A stretch of 64,000 bases of DNA from Malacoraja senta (Eukaryota). The position numbers and the translations under genes were made by a program. The notes below the pieces were generated by a model that was not told the origin of the DNA, did not search any database, and saw nothing but the letters and a program-made list of their open reading frames with translations. Within the stretch, counting starts at the first letter, position 1. Each line of letters opens with the position of its first letter. Location of the stretch: contig CM075991.1 in NCBI GenBank assembly GCA_038087875.1, forward strand, positions 12,712,001 to 12,776,000, read 5' to 3'. Below, in pieces: positions 62,716 through 64,000 of this stretch.

Positions 62716-64000
62716 AGGTACACAAAAATGCTGGAGAAACTCAGCGGGTGCAGCAGCATCTATGGAGCGAAGGAAATAGGTAACGTTTCGGGCCGAAACC
62801 CTTCTTCAGACTGATAGGGGGTGGGGAGAAGAAAGGAAAAAGGCGGAGGAGGAGCCCGAGGGCTGGGGGAGGGGAGGAGACAACCAGATGGCTGATGAAG
62901 GGGAGGGGACAGCAAGGGCTAGCAGAATTGGGAGAATTCAATGTTCAAGCCCCCAGGATGTAGACTGCCCAAGCGGAATATGAGGTGCATTTCCTCCAAT
63001 TTACGGTGTTGCTCGCTGTGGCCATGGAGGAGACCCAGGACAGAGAGGTCAGATACGGAATGGGAGGGGGAGTTGAAGTGCTGAGCCACCGGGAGTTCAG
63101 GTTGGTTATTGCGGACCGACCGGAGGTGTTCGGCGAAACGATCGCCAAGCCTCCGCTTGGTCTCACCGATGTAGATCAGCTGGCATCTAGAGCAGCGAAT
63201 GCAATAGATGAGGTTGGAGGAGATGCAGGTGAACCTCTGTCCTCATTCTTCAGGGAACGGGGGTTCCCCTCCTCCACCATAGATGAGGCTCGCACCAGGG
63301 TCTCTGCCATACCCCGCAACACTGCTCTCTCTCCCCATCCCCCCACTCACAACAAGGGCAGAGTCCCCCTAGTCCTCACCTTTCACCCCACCAGCCGTCA
63401 CATACAACAAGTGATCCTCCGTCAGTTTCGCCACCTCCAACGTGACCCCACCACTCGCCACATCTTCCCATCTCCCCCCATGTCTGCCTTCCGCAAAGAC
63501 CGCTCCCTCCGTAACTCCCTTGTCAATTCTTCCCTTCCCTCCCATACCACCCCCTCCCCTGGTACTTTCCCTTGCAACCGCAAGAGATGCAACACTTGTC
63601 CCGTCACTCCCCCCTCTACTCCATTCAAGGACCCAAGCAGTCGTTCCAGGTGCGACAGAGGTTCACCTGCATCTCCTCCAACCTCGTCTATTGCATTCGC
63701 TGCTCTAGATGCCAGCTGATCTACATCGGTGAGACCAAGCGGAGGCTTGGCGATCGTTTCGCCGAACACCTCCGGTCGGTCCGCAATAACCAACCTGAAC
63801 TCCCGGTGGCTCAGCACTTCAACTCCCCCTCCCATTCCGTATCTGACCTCTCTGTCCTGGGTCTCCTCCATGGCCACAGCGAGCAACACCGTAAATTGGA
63901 GGAAATGCACCTCATATTCCGCTTGGGCAGTCTACATCCTGGGGGCATGAACATTGAATTCTCCCAATTCTGCTAGCCCTTGCTGTCCCCTCCCCTTCAT
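62716..64000 (+). mobile_element. Young Penelope-like element (GIY-YIG) with inverted partial copy; runs off the window
   Basis: + strand 63242-63976: FFRERGFP...PLVLTFHP...CNRKRCNTCP then VYCIRCSRCQLIYIGETKRRLGDRFAEHL...VAQHFN...LGSLHPGGMNIEF (one frameshift). 62895-63241 is the reverse complement of 63654-64000. Confidence 0.95.
62775..62813 (-). ncRNA. Minimal hammerhead-ribozyme motif in the Penelope terminal repeat
   Basis: Minus strand CAGT-CTGAAGA-A-GGG-TTTCGG-CCC-GAAAC-GTTA. Confidence 0.65.

Overview
Eukaryotic vertebrate genomic DNA, very probably a cartilaginous fish (skate/ray-like), inferred from dense CR1/HER1 LINEs, HE1-type V-SINEs and Penelope-like elements. Three spliced protein-coding genes lie on the + strand. 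(1) A complete 6-exon, 166-aa PPIA/PPIF-type cyclophilin (8415-14701) with a CpG-island TATA promoter. (2) A complete TMEM150A with 7 coding exons and 270 aa (21683-47752), whose last intron is U12-type. (3) The first four coding exons of RNF181 (57893-62427; last exon beyond the window). Much of the rest is transposon-derived: CR1, Rex1/Babar, L1, an L2-type tail, V-SINEs, a Harbinger-type MITE and Penelope-like elements. The most striking signal is a family of about 25 short Penelope-derived units. The longer copies carry a minimal hammerhead-ribozyme core (CUGANGA-A-stem II-GAAACGUH), several are flanked by their own 12-16 bp direct repeats, and the family is linked to a young GIY-YIG Penelope copy with a >=347 bp inverted repeat. 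Other notable points are a TMEM150A promoter made of tandem ZNF143/NRF1/GC-box modules, an in-frame Arg-rich leader upstream of the cyclophilin ATG, a CTCF-like site between TMEM150A and RNF181, and a 216-bp direct duplication after the TMEM150A stop. All calls were made by eye; repeat boundaries are approximate.
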